Source: Hydrolagus colliei
Lineage: Eukaryota
Direction: 5' to 3'
Assembly (NCBI GenBank): GCA_035084275.1
Contig: CM068759.1
Coordinates: 3,472,001-3,536,000, forward strand
Length of the DNA: 64,000 bases
Shown here: positions 52,660 through 64,000 of the stretch, in pieces
Position numbering within the stretch: position 1 is the stretch's first letter
Layout: each line of letters opens with the position of its first letter
Made by a program: the position numbers and the translations under genes
The notes under the pieces: generated by a model
The model's input: the letters and a program-made list of their open reading frames with translations, nothing else
What the model was told of the DNA's origin: nothing
Database searches by the model: none

Positions 52660-53583
52660 CCCTCAAACACTTTGATAAGAAAATCCCTTTCGAGACTCCG
52701 GAGTCCGTTATCATGGATTAAATCTCATTGCGGCATTTTCGAGATTTTGATTTGTCAAAAGAGTTTTAAAGATCTTCTGTTGTGGGGAAAGACTGAGTTG
52801 TCACAGTTAGATCAAAACAGGATTGGAAACTGGATGTATGCAGGTGAAACATGTATGCAGGTGAAACAAATTGAAATTGTTATCACATTTTGAAGTTATT
52901 ATTACTAAACAGATAAAGTTAGTTTTTTTAAAAAAAGGAATCACTTTTCTCTCTCCTGTATTTTCTTGCTGCTTCTTTGAAAACCAGCAGATTCACTTGT
53001 ACTGGCCTCACAAAGAGGAATTGGCTGCTCGACCATCATAATCTCTGCTGGCAAAAGCCATTATGGAATGCTTAATATCTGCTCTCATCTCCCATTCGTT
53101 TTACGCCAATGTTGAGCCAGCCCTCTTCATAGCCATGGAAATCCCATTACCTTGTCAGTTATTGACCCTGCCATTTAAAATAGATATATATATATATATA
53201 CATAGCATATACACGCGTAAGTGCGAGAGCAGGTTTGATTCAGGTAATTTTTGCATTGGAAGATTTGCTCAACAGGAGCCACATCATGCCCGCTTTATTG
53301 TCAGATTGTCTCCGCATGAGGTGTCTAGACCATTGTGATGCTTCAAATCTTAAACTACCAATACAAAGATTATTCCTTCCCCACCCCACTCCACCCCTAC
53401 ATGCGATTCCAAATACCCGATGAGTTGTTGAATAAACTTCGAGATGGACTCTGGTTTTCAAAAACGTTTTCCTTCTCTTGGAAATGAGGAACAGAGTCGC
53501 TGGGTGATTGTTTCTCACCCCACCTCCCGTACAGAGGGTGTCCGGTATTCATACAATGCATCTAGCAGCTTAATCGGATGAAT

Positions 53584-53742
53584 TAATAATAATACTTGCA
53601 TTTGATGGAGTGCCTTATCACATCTGCGAGACGTCTCAAAGCGCTTCACAGAATGTACGGTAAAGTGAATTGCCTGTACATTTTGTGGGTGCCATTGTAC
53701 ATAGCACTGTTCCACAAACAGTTGTGTGGAATGAGTGACAAA
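53584..53742 (-). mobile_element. SINE 3' half
   Basis: taataataatacttgcatttgat...gagacgtctcaaagcgcttcacagaat...ccacaaacagttg. Confidence 0.9.
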
Positions 53743-54578
53743 TTAATTATTAATTGCTGAATGGGGGTACAATTCTGGCATCCCACCACTTCCATTGTAG
53801 ACCAATTAACTCCTTTGTTCAGTTCTGTGCAAGTGACTGCTTGTGTTTATGTTTCAATCTCCATCTGAACCAACATTCTCTACCTTTCATGTTTGGCTCA
53901 ACAGATCACTAAAGATGCAAAGATTTGATGTGCTCGTGAATATTGTTCTTTTACCCGCTCAACTTTGCGGTAACCAAGAGCTCAGAAGTAAATTATGCAT
54001 TTTCATGAAATTCCTCGCTAGAACGTGTTTCTTTGGAACACCTAATTGTTAGGATTATGCTTGACATCAAAAACTGATAAATATTTAATAATTCCGAATG
54101 AAATTTTAATTGCTTCGAGGATCAATACTGCATGCAAATTAGATTAGCTCCTTTTCTTTTTTTAAAAAGTACATTTTAAATGTAGTCAAAATAAATGTTC
54201 ACTGGTGACAAAATTATGTCTGCCCACGTTCGTTATTAGATTTGCTCAGTTGAACATTGGGATAAATCAACTTAAATTCAGGATGTTTTTGACACAAATA
54301 AACTTTTCACATTTTAAGGTGATACATTTGAGAATGCAGCATCGTGCGCTGATCATTTACTGCTGGGTCATCCCTCTCAGCTCCTGTTAATCCTGCAAGC
54401 CAAAGCCTCAAAGGCCAGGACGGTCCTTGCAGCAGGAAAGCTCATCGGACGGCAAAATCAATGACAATTCAGTTTCAGCCGGTTAGACTTACCCCTACTC
54501 ACACTCTAGGATCCCCAAGCCTTGGCTCTTGCCAACCTGCTCCTAATACATATCGGAATTAGGCAGGCAAGTTATGTC

Positions 54579-54631
54579 ACTTGGGATGTGAAAGGCGCTA
54601 TACAAATGTAATGCTGTTGTTGTTGTTATTG
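54579..54631 (+). mobile_element. L2 3' tail fragment
   Basis: cttgggatgtgaaaggcgctatacaaatgtaatgc(TGT)n. Confidence 0.7.
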
Positions 54632-57310
54632 TCTCTCCGGGCAGAGCGTGCGGTTTCGATTCCCAACAATCTATCTCTTGGATTTCCATGTGTAGGTGTG
54701 ACGCATGGCTGTCTCAGCTCGGTTTGGATACTGTACTCTTAAGCACGGCAATGGGTTTATGTGCAAGTGGAAAGACACTCCAACACACCCAAAACAATTC
54801 TCATGCAGTTCACAGTGGCAGTGACTCAAGCAATTCAAACTGGGAAATGGTCCAATTTAAATTTAAAAGTGATTGAGCAGTTCATTGATATTATTCAGTT
54901 GCAAACAACACAGTACAATTATTATGTCACGACAAGGGATATTTTTCCTATCTAAGGTTACAGTTTTGCTTTGGAATGAACAAGACAAGCTGTCACTTAT
55001 TACTTTGTCCTTTTGGTGTATCTACAATTGGCATGCAATTCAGAAGGTTTTAATCTATTTTTAAAAAAAACGCAGACTCACTAAAGCCCATCTTTCTGCT
55101 GTTACCATCAAAATCATTTGAATTAAAAAAAGTTAGCCATTGTAGTAGAATATAAACACATTATTTGCCAAATTCAATTTGGCCACCAACTTGTCCAGTC
55201 CATCATCTTCTCGGAAGGACAGTGTATTCATGCACGCACACACCAACTCTACACTAAAATATGGTTCATGTGTACATTGGAAATACTGTTTACTTTGTAG
55301 CAGCAGTTAGCAATATATTCCAGTATACCAGAGTTCAAACAAATTTAGTGTATATATGTATAATTGTAGATTAGTCTTCTACAGAAAATCCACAACTCCT
55401 AAATAGTAGACCTGTTAACAGGCCTCATGTGTATGCATCTTAAGGTGGGTGTAGGAGTGACTGAGTGCTTCCTCAAAGTTCTTACATTCGTTATCCATCA
55501 TTAAAATTAATTAGGCAAATATATTACTGTACAGAGAGTAATCTTTCACTTCAGTGCCATTCATTTTATTACCACTTGAATTGCATTGTCAATGCTATTT
55601 TCTGTATTGGTTAGCAACAAATTCAATAGCACGGAATAATAAATTGTTTCATAGCTTATGAAGGTTATAAGACCAGCAAACTAACTGAAGTGTACATTTT
55701 TGTTGAATTAAATCACCAATTAAACGATCAGCACTCTGGTTGTTTTAATTTTGTCGCAATAAATATTGCTAATAGACTTTTTATTAAAGGGGCAGATCCT
55801 TTATCTAAGTTGTTTTTAATCTTCCATCTGTATTACCGGTTTTGCTTTGATTCTCTTCAAGTTCTGTGAAAATAAAGGATGGCCACTTTCAAACAACAGA
55901 TCCGGGGTTTTGTAAACATACAAAAGGAATAAGGAAATCAGCGCTGCATCCCAGAATGAGAAGTTGATTCAGATCTCATGGGCAATTTTCTGTATTGAAG
56001 CTTCATGATACTCTAAACAAACAAGTCAACATCTGTTGTGACTTTGAAGGCTCTCTCAATTCAGCTGAGACTTATTGTCTTTGCCACTTCCTCAGCGAGA
56101 TCTCCCAAGAGCACTTTTTTAAAAATATAAAGGTTAATTCGAATCTGAAGATTTCGGTTTCTAAGAAAATTTAATGCATATTCAAAAGTAAATCTCGCCA
56201 TTGCTGCGTGTTTGATTTGAGAACGCTTTCAAGGTTTAATCTAAGAAGGTTACAATACCTGCTCAATCCCAGAAGGAACACACACACACATGGTTCCCAC
56301 CTCAATGAGTGGAAATTCTAGTCTTTGTTGCACATATTGCTTTTGGCGCCGTTATCTGAGAACAGGATTTCCTATTACAATTGTGTGTCTCCAAAGAAGC
56401 TATGAGTAATGCAGTTGGAATTTCAGGCAAACAGAGAGGGGGATAATGCTAACCTTACGTACTGTCATTTTTAGTTGAGACATTTTTCACTTTTTTTTTT
56501 GCTGAAGGCCAGGAACTGCTTTAGAATGTGCAATGAATTCAAAAATTTCTCAATCATCTTCCAATTTAAATTGGCTGAAAGAAACAAAAATGGTCTATTG
56601 AGCAAGCTTTCTTCATTTAAAATTAACTGCGTACACAAATATGTCCGCCAGCATTGTAGTCTGCTGTTTTTTTAAGCAAGCAATAAGTATGTTAACTCAT
56701 GAATCCTTTATTATCCAGCTTTAAAATCAGATCAGCTTATTGCAAAATCCACCACCAGGTCTACAGGGAAATCAGCTGAATTTGGTACAAGAATGCTTTA
56801 GGTTTTTGGACTTTTCATCAATATAGCATCAGTCACCGGTGTAAAGCGGTATTTTGCAGCGCGAACATGAATGCCAACAGGCTTGGCAATAGTGACTTCA
56901 TTAAAACATTAAAATACAATAAAGAAAATGTGAGTTGTGAATTAATCAAACCAAGATGCACACCACTACAACTGAGTGGTTTGACCCAAGCTATCTTAAC
57001 CATATAGTTTCCAGAACAAAAGAAAAACAGCTGTATGGTATTGATACAGTAAAATGTTGATTGAAATTAACTGCTCAACTCTTGAGAAGCCTGTTAGATT
57101 TAACTGTTTTACGTATTCAATGACGAGAACAAAAACATGTTTAGATTACAAGAGCTGCAACAATGCTATTTAACTTTGTAAATTAGGTTACAGTCTTGGG
57201 GTCCAAAGTTTGAATGATAGCAAAAGTTTATCCCCAATTTAGTCACAAACCCTTGAATGCCAGGTTCTCTGTCCCTGGAAAATTCTGTATAATCAGTTTT
57301 AAACCTGTAG

Positions 57311-57391
57311 TCCCGACCCCTGACTGTTCAACACCTTAGGACGTCCTCCCGACATGAAGGGCGCTCCATCGATGCAATTTTGTTGTTGTTA
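57311..57391 (+). mobile_element. L2 3' tail (subfamily b)
   Basis: caccttaggacgtcctcccgacatgaagggcgctccatcgatgcaattttgttgttgtt. Confidence 0.8.
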
Positions 57392-57473
57392 TTTAAACCT
57401 GGGGGGAATACTGTAGATGAGAAAGAAGGGTATTCTTCTCCCCCTTCTGCGATTGATAACCTCATCTTCCCAC

Positions 57474-57683
57474 ACAACAACAACAACGAAATTCCACTTA
57501 TCTAACATCTTTCACATTGGAAGGACATCCCAAGGTGCAGACAGTTACGAGTTTGCACCCGAGTTGGAATCAAGGCGAGTGGAGGGTTGGCAGGGGTGGG
57601 GGTTGAAGACACAGTCAATGAAGAAGGTCTAGAGACAGGCCTTGAAGGAAGCAAAGGAAGGAGCGAGGCAGAGGGAATCTCTG
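57474..57683 (-). mobile_element. L2 3' end (subfamily b)
   Basis: (CAA)n...tttcacattggaaggacatcccaaggtgc...aagaaggtct...ccttgaaggaagcaaaggaagg. Confidence 0.8.
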
Positions 57684-57770
57684 AATGGACTCGAGCCTTC
57701 ACAATTTAGCAGAGGCTTGGATTGTGTCTTACAAGTAGTCGGAAAAAAAAATCTGCATGGAAACATCTTT

Positions 57771-58165
57771 ACAACAACAACAACAACTTTGATTTATATA
57801 GCGCCCTCCACGCCAGACGGCATCTCAGAGCGCTTCACAGTAGCGAATCCCGGGACTGAGCCAGGAGCAGGGGCAGGAAGGTGACCAAAAGCTCGGTCGA
57901 AGAGAAAGGTCTTCAACTGTGACTTGAAACTGGGAAGAGAGGGGGCGAGGCGAAGCAAGTGAGGAAGGGAGTTCCAGAGCCTCGGGACGTAGTGGCTAAA
58001 GGCACGGCCTCCGAGGGTGGAGCGGAGGACTCGGGGGACATGGAGGAGGCCAGACCCAGAGGAACGAAGGCATCCGGTGCTGGGTTGTGGGAGAGGAGAT
58101 CAGAGAGATAGGGGGGTGCAGAGTAGTGGAGGGATTTGAAAACAAGCGTGAGGATCTTTATTGAT
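57771..58165 (-). mobile_element. L2 LINE 3' end (subfamily a), longest copy
   Basis: Translates IKILTLVFKSLHYSAPPYLSDLL, then after a frameshift LRSSGSGLLHVPRVLRSTLGGRAFSHYVPRLWNSLP...FKSQLKTFLFDRAF. Confidence 0.95.
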
Positions 58166-58494
58166 ATTTGTAAATGAAAACAGCCCTCAGACTTCAAAGA
58201 ACCATTGCAGTTGAACAGTCTTGACTGAATCAATACTTCAGTACTTGACTGATGGCCTTGACGAGTGTTATACCATTGTCTCCATTGTTCAAATGAATGT
58301 GGTCATTTATTGGGACATATTCATATCTGTGTAACGCGCGAGTATAATGGTTTTATTAGCATTATTGAGTGTAAACTTGCCACAAAATTTATATCTGTGG
58401 AATAACTTAAATTTTTTAACACAACTTATGCAAACAAGCCACATCAACGTGTTATTTCCTTCTTAATATTTTCACTATCGCAAAGAGCCAGAAT

Positions 58495-58648
58495 ATTTGG
58501 AGTGAGAAGTAGAGGGGTATTTGGGGAGGACAAGATTGCAGGCCTATGGAGAGAAAGCAAGCTGGTGGGATTGAGTTGGACAGCTCTTTTCGGAGCTGGC
58601 GAAGACACAATGGGACAAATGGCCTCTTTCTATGCTGTATGGTTCAAT
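58495..58648 (+). mobile_element. CR1 LINE 3' end
   Basis: ctatggagagaaagc...tgggattgagttggacagctcttttcggagctggcgaagacacaatgggacaaatggcctctttctatgctgta. Confidence 0.8.
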
Positions 58649-58790
58649 GAGCAGCTTTCTTGCAGCCAACATGTAACAAAGCTTTATTTGAAAATACAGA
58701 AGTGTGCATCGTGTTTAGATTTTCACCAAATGTTCTGAGCTGCTGTGCAGGAGCTTTGACAGAGCTGGTAAGGTTTTGGTGATACAAAAC

Positions 58791-59114
58791 ATAATAATAA
58801 TGCTTGCATTTGATATAGCACTTTTCACTTCTTCTAGACATCTCAAAGCACATCACGGAATATACTGTAGAGTGAATTGACTGTAGATTTTGTGGATGAA
58901 ACACGGCAGCCAATTGCGCCCAGCAGTGCCCCACAATCAGTCGTGGAACGAAGTTTCAAATTTATTATTGTTTTTTGGGGAGGAATTATTATCAGGCGGG
59001 TGCAGCAAGAAAAGTTGCCCAAGGTTTTGCCCTGGGGGTGGGGGGGGAGGGGGAAGCGAGCCCAGGTCCCTCGCTTGCGAGGCGAGTGCTCTAACCTCTG
59101 AGCTACAGGACTCC
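58791..59114 (-). mobile_element. Full-length SINE with G-rich insert at the head/body junction
   Basis: Tail, body, then the head caggtccctcgcttgcgaggcgagtgctctaacctctgagctacaggactcc. Confidence 0.95.
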
Positions 59115-59206
59115 AACATTGTGAACTGTGAGCGCGACAGCATCTGCGCATGAGCCAAGCACGAGCATCAATAATCGAGAGCCTTGGAGCCCATCGTCTA
59201 ACTCAC

Positions 59207-59253
59207 TTGCTGCGTTGCTGGACTGCCTTCTGCTTACCATGTCCACGTGGATA
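59207..59253 (-). other. Candidate small exon of an unidentified host gene (two alternative donors)
   Basis: Minus strand: ttttatcttgcttcacatacatctcag|TATCCACGTGGACATG|gtaagc or ...GCAGCAA|gtgagt; splice signals only. Confidence 0.3.
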
Positions 59254-61450
59254 CTGAGATGTATGTGAAGCAAGATAAAAGCAGTTTATGAAGACACGGC
59301 AACAGGTTAGCAACATAACCAAGCAGACTGCATTCTGCACGCAGTGGCAATGCAACACCCTAAATCACAGACAAGAACCAGAATGAGACAAGAGCGTTAA
59401 CATACACCGCAGCCCCCACCGTAAGCAACGTCTTCATCACACACTCTATAATAGGAAAAACAATTACAAGCACGCAACAGCCAATTCAGGATAGCTCGTG
59501 AACAACGCAATAATAATTTTCACCGATTTAGTTTGAAATACTTCAGCTGTAACAATAAAAAAATTATAACAATTGTGAAGATGGATTAGAAGCTTGCTAG
59601 GAAATTTAGTGAATACTTTTCCCCAAACACCTGAATAATCCTGCCAATTTTTTTCACTGAGGTGTGGTGGAAATTATATGTAAATTTTAATTTACATATT
59701 CATTCGGCAGCACATAATTAGCTGTCAAACCACAAAATAGAACTAAAGGCTTTTTCTTTTTAAAAAAAACACACACTCCAATGGCACACACCAGTTAATG
59801 GAAATGAAAGAAACTGTGCTTTCAAGCCATTCGATTTATTTTGTCCAACACGCGACTTGTCCTGTTTACACCTTGACCACCCGAGTACTTAACACATTTG
59901 TACTGAGATTAGAACAGTGGAATTAAATGGAAATATTTTGAACTGAGCAGCTTCAACCTACATTATCTTACATGTGCTGGCAATCTTATTATCATATGTT
60001 GTCACCGCTTGCTCGCTGACTAATCAATGACTGTATCCATAGCAACAGTACATTTCAGCAGAGTGCACTTGGATATTAAAAAAAATAAAAATTTTGCTTT
60101 CTTTCCATTTTCTACCTGATAGGAGGACCTCTTTGAAAGGAATCACTAACTCTGCTGTTAAACTCAACTTCAGATATATACTGCGCATATATTTTTAAAA
60201 ACTGGCAAATATACTCTCGAATGAAAAGGTCAGGAGCTTCCAAGAAGAGACCATATATTTTCAAATGAGTATGATTGAACAAGAGAGGGTTTGGACATTA
60301 TTTCTACAGCAGTTTGTCCAATTATGTGTCTGAAATAAAGGAGGAAGATTAAACTGGATATTCCTACATGAGGCAGCCATTATATCTCAAAATGTCACAG
60401 AGAGTTCCAAGGAAATGTCACATTCTGAAGCACTGGCATAGTTCTGATCACCTTTGTTTACACCTTGTTCCATGATTACTTTTATCAATATGTTTAATGA
60501 TCGATGGCTTAGAATTCTACACTACCTTTTACCTGTAGATGAAAGATGGCTGATTTTCATTTCAGCTGCAGAAGTCAAAGATGATTTACATCTAGAGATT
60601 CAATGTCATGTTTGAAAAGTTGCATTTTAAATCAGGGTGAAACTATAGTGTAAAAGCAATAGGATGTGCAAATTGTGGTTAAAATTACATCTCACTCTAT
60701 TGAGCTGATGAAACTGTACATACCAGTTATTTATGGGGCCCCCTTCAGTAATACATATAATATGTGTGTGTCTGTGGGCATAGACATATCTAGCTCATTC
60801 AATAACATGAAGCTTTTTTTTCTACAGAAACGTACACATCCAAATTTTATAAACCATTTAAAAATGTAACCACTGAAACGCCACCATTAAACTCGCTTCT
60901 CTTTTCTCAGGAGAGAAAGAAAATGCTCAGATGGCCTGGAATCACTGTCTGACGTTCTGAAATATAATGGTTACCAAATGCATAGCATCAGACGATAACC
61001 TTTAGATAATATTTTTTTTCTCTGAATACACATGATAGGGCAATGTCTGGCACATATTTACCAATTTTTCAGCGTGGTGGGAAAATCGCGTTTAAATATC
61101 CACAGTGGCAGGTTGAAGGTTTATTGATGGGAATTTTACATCATATTAAAACGTGTTCTGGTGCTACATGAATTTATGAGCCTTTGCAATAGACTGCCTT
61201 TGCAAAGCTTTAACTGCATGACATTATGTTCTTGATCAATAGAATCCCATTTTAATTGTCTTTACATTGAGATCCTGTTTTACGTGACAATTATGAAACC
61301 AACAAAGTAGAAATTGTGAATGTCTAATAATGTCTCAGCTTAGTCACAGCTCAATTCGCAGGACATATCCACATGATAAATAATGAACAAACTCAAAGAA
61401 ACAGTTAACTTGGTTGGCCGCTAGGAGAGTAATGGATTGCATAACAGGAT

Positions 61451-61761
61451 ATAATAATAATCCTTGCATTTGATATAGTGCTTTTCACATCTTATCGATG
61501 TCTCAAAGTGCTTCACAGAATAAAGTGAATTGACTGTATATTTGTGGGCGAAACGCGGCAGGCAAAGGCGCACAGCAGTATCCCACAAACAGTCATGGAT
61601 CGAAATGACTAATTTTTATTATTGTGTTTTTTTTGGAAGGATTATTATAAGGCGTGTGGAGTCAGGAAACTTGCTCAAGGTTTCGCCCTGACCTGCCTGG
61701 ATTCGAACACAGGTCTCACACTTGTAAGGTGAGTTCCCTAACCACTGAGCTATAGGACTCC
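61451..61761 (-). mobile_element. Full-length young SINE
   Basis: Reverse-complement homologue of 19898-20220, including A and B boxes. Confidence 0.95.
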
Positions 61762-63199
61762 ATAGTAGATTTGGTCAAGGAACATATCCTTACTTTCCAT
61801 TCTAGTCACATATCACAATTATTCCTTCTAGTTTTATTAACTTTCAAAATATTCACGTTCCTAGCACTGAAGTATGTCATAAAGAAAACCCTGATCTCGT
61901 GTCTTATAAGCCTAATAATACTTGCGGTCGCTGCAAACTTTGCACAACCTTTACTAGTAGGAGAAATGAATGATGAGGCATTATCTCATTGAAGGTACTA
62001 TCACTGCAAGCGGTTGATCAATTCTTCTGATCCCCCCTCTCCCCCAATGCATATACTAAGGTATATTCAGTAAATATTGTCAGTGCTCTTTGGACCAGAT
62101 TGCTATTTTTTAATAAAGTATACTGGATATCCAACACCTAAACTGCAATGGCATTATTTCAATAGTACAATAGGCTTGCACTCAAATGCATACATTCACT
62201 CGCTCACACGCAAAAAAAAATCTTTGATATAGATATCTTGCATACGTATCGATAGATAAAGAGAAGAATTGGAGTTGTACAATCAACTAGAGAGGGGAAT
62301 AGAAGAGTATCGGAAAGAGTAAGGAATAAAAAATCTGTTGAATAAAAGGGCAACATTCTTTGAAGTTCCAAGGACATGCGGTTTGTCGCAAGGGAAAGGT
62401 GGATTCAAGGTTTCTTCAGCAGTGTCCCACCGTTAGTGAAAGGAATTAATGAATGTACATGCTCATAATTATACAATCATTAATCATTCATATTTATTGT
62501 CCAAACTGTCTGGAATCGTTTGTTGACAAGTTCTCTCCATCTTTGCTGGAACTGCCATTTTACAACTAAAAGTAGTTAGGGTGCCCCCTTGTGCCTGTGT
62601 GAAACACCAACAGTGCTTGCTGTCGGTTTTTTAAAAAAGCAGTCGGGATTTATAAAGTCGGGTAAATAGAATCTGCTGCTGCAAATGTCCTAAGGAGTAT
62701 TCGAATACTTCCATCAGCTTCAGAGCAAATGGAATAAAATCCAAACGCCAAGTGAAATTAATGACAGGGCCTGGGATGTTTTCAAATGAAACAATCTATA
62801 CCCTGGTAATCTGTAGTTCCAAAACATAACAGACTTTTTTTTACTGCTGTACTGGCTAATAAATGGTATTACACTGAACACCTGGGCTCCTAACTGAGTA
62901 AAATTCTAGTCCTGGAAAGGTTTAAATGGAAGGATTATCACAGAATGTGTAATGTTGGCATTAGTAGCCCAATAACATGTCTGCCAATTCCATGAAAGTT
63001 GTTAGGATTTATTTTGGGAATGGTTACCAGATGGTCAGTTACATACCATGCAGGCAAACCAGCTGATTTGGGGCCAAGACACAGTATAGTGAGACTTGAA
63101 CACAACTATATACACCAGTGCTCTTTGGAAATGATGAAAGTTGCTATTGGCCAAGGTCCCAAGGAATCTTTGCTGCAATTGGAGGCTCACCAGATTTCA

Positions 63200-63495
63200 C
63201 TTTGGTTCATTTGATCTCATCCCTTCATGAAACTCATCCTACCGTCCTCCCATTACAGCCCCAAACTATGTTTTTAAAAATTAGTCCCAGTGTCCTGGCC
63301 TCAAACTTACTTGCGATCTGTTCTCGTCATGAATTACCCTTTATATTCCATTCTTGAAATTTCCGTTTGCAACTTTAAGCCCATGTCCTCTTTACCTACC
63401 ACCCGGCTGGATCCTAAACTATTGTTCTGGATGTACTTATACAATCCATTTAAAACGGAATACACCACTATAATTCCCCTCCAACTCATCTTCTA
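63200..63495 (-). mobile_element. Degraded CR1 3' fragment
   Basis: gcaactttaagcccatgtcctctt translates on the minus strand as RGHGLKV; aatccatttaaaac...cactataattcccctccaa resembles LRGDLI.V.KI.NG. Confidence 0.55.
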
Positions 63496-64000
63496 TTGTA
63501 TATTACATGCTAATAAAGACAAAATGTCTGCCTGTTTGCCTGCCAAGAACACATCAACCAATTGATGTAGAGACACGAGTTATACTTCATCGGAAAGGTC
63601 TTGTTTGGGGGAGTGTCATGGGCATGTGTTTTTTTTGCGGGGGAATCTCCTATTATTGATGAGCTATGATCTAAACAAACACATTTCTGTTCACACAACT
63701 TAAGCAATACATGTTTATGGCATGTTAAATTGTTTGTGAGTGGCATCACTAAAATCTAATTCCATATTGGATCCTCTGGTTGCAAGTGTAGCTGCAATGA
63801 GTTCAGCTCATTCTTCTATGAGGACTGAAGAGCTTGTCTAATTGTTGTTCAACTCAATCTGAACCAAGTTCCATGTGTCAATTAGCTAACAGGAATTGAG
63901 TGCAGGTACTTTAACGATCTAAAGACCAAGAGTTTCTGAAGCTCCCATCATCTTTGTCGACAACAACATAATTCAAACAGCATGTAAAATGAGTCTTTGT

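Noticed and set aside
1-64000. SINE orientation bias indicating host gene strand
   Set aside because: About 11 plus versus 15 minus copies, too close to even to be informative.
1-64000. CRISPR arrays, operons or other prokaryotic systems
   Set aside because: The repeats are dispersed vertebrate retroposons; there are no repeat-spacer arrays or long ORFs.

Overview
This window is AT-rich, CpG-depleted vertebrate non-coding DNA (a large intron or gene desert), not prokaryotic. The repeat content suggests a cartilaginous fish, most likely a chimaera such as Callorhinchus milii; this is inferred from remembered repeat families, not from a search. No host protein-coding gene can be supported, and the ORF track is chance ORFs plus retroelement fragments. 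The window holds about 26 copies or fragments of a tRNA-headed Deu-domain SINE with an L2-type tail, in old long and young short forms. It also holds 3' ends of two L2 LINE subfamilies, degraded CR1 3' ends, two AmnSINE2-like relics and two Penelope-type terminal-repeat relics. The best leads are: an L2 subfamily whose ORF2 frame runs through its own 3' stem-loop; a 31-bp-arm hairpin with an alternative fold at 38.2 kb; a CpG-rich island with a candidate minus-strand exon at 59.2 kb; two further candidate minus-strand micro-exons; a double-headed SINE; an unassigned dispersed repeat; and nested insertions. I see no strong evidence for a wholly new biological system. Boundaries of degraded repeats are approximate.
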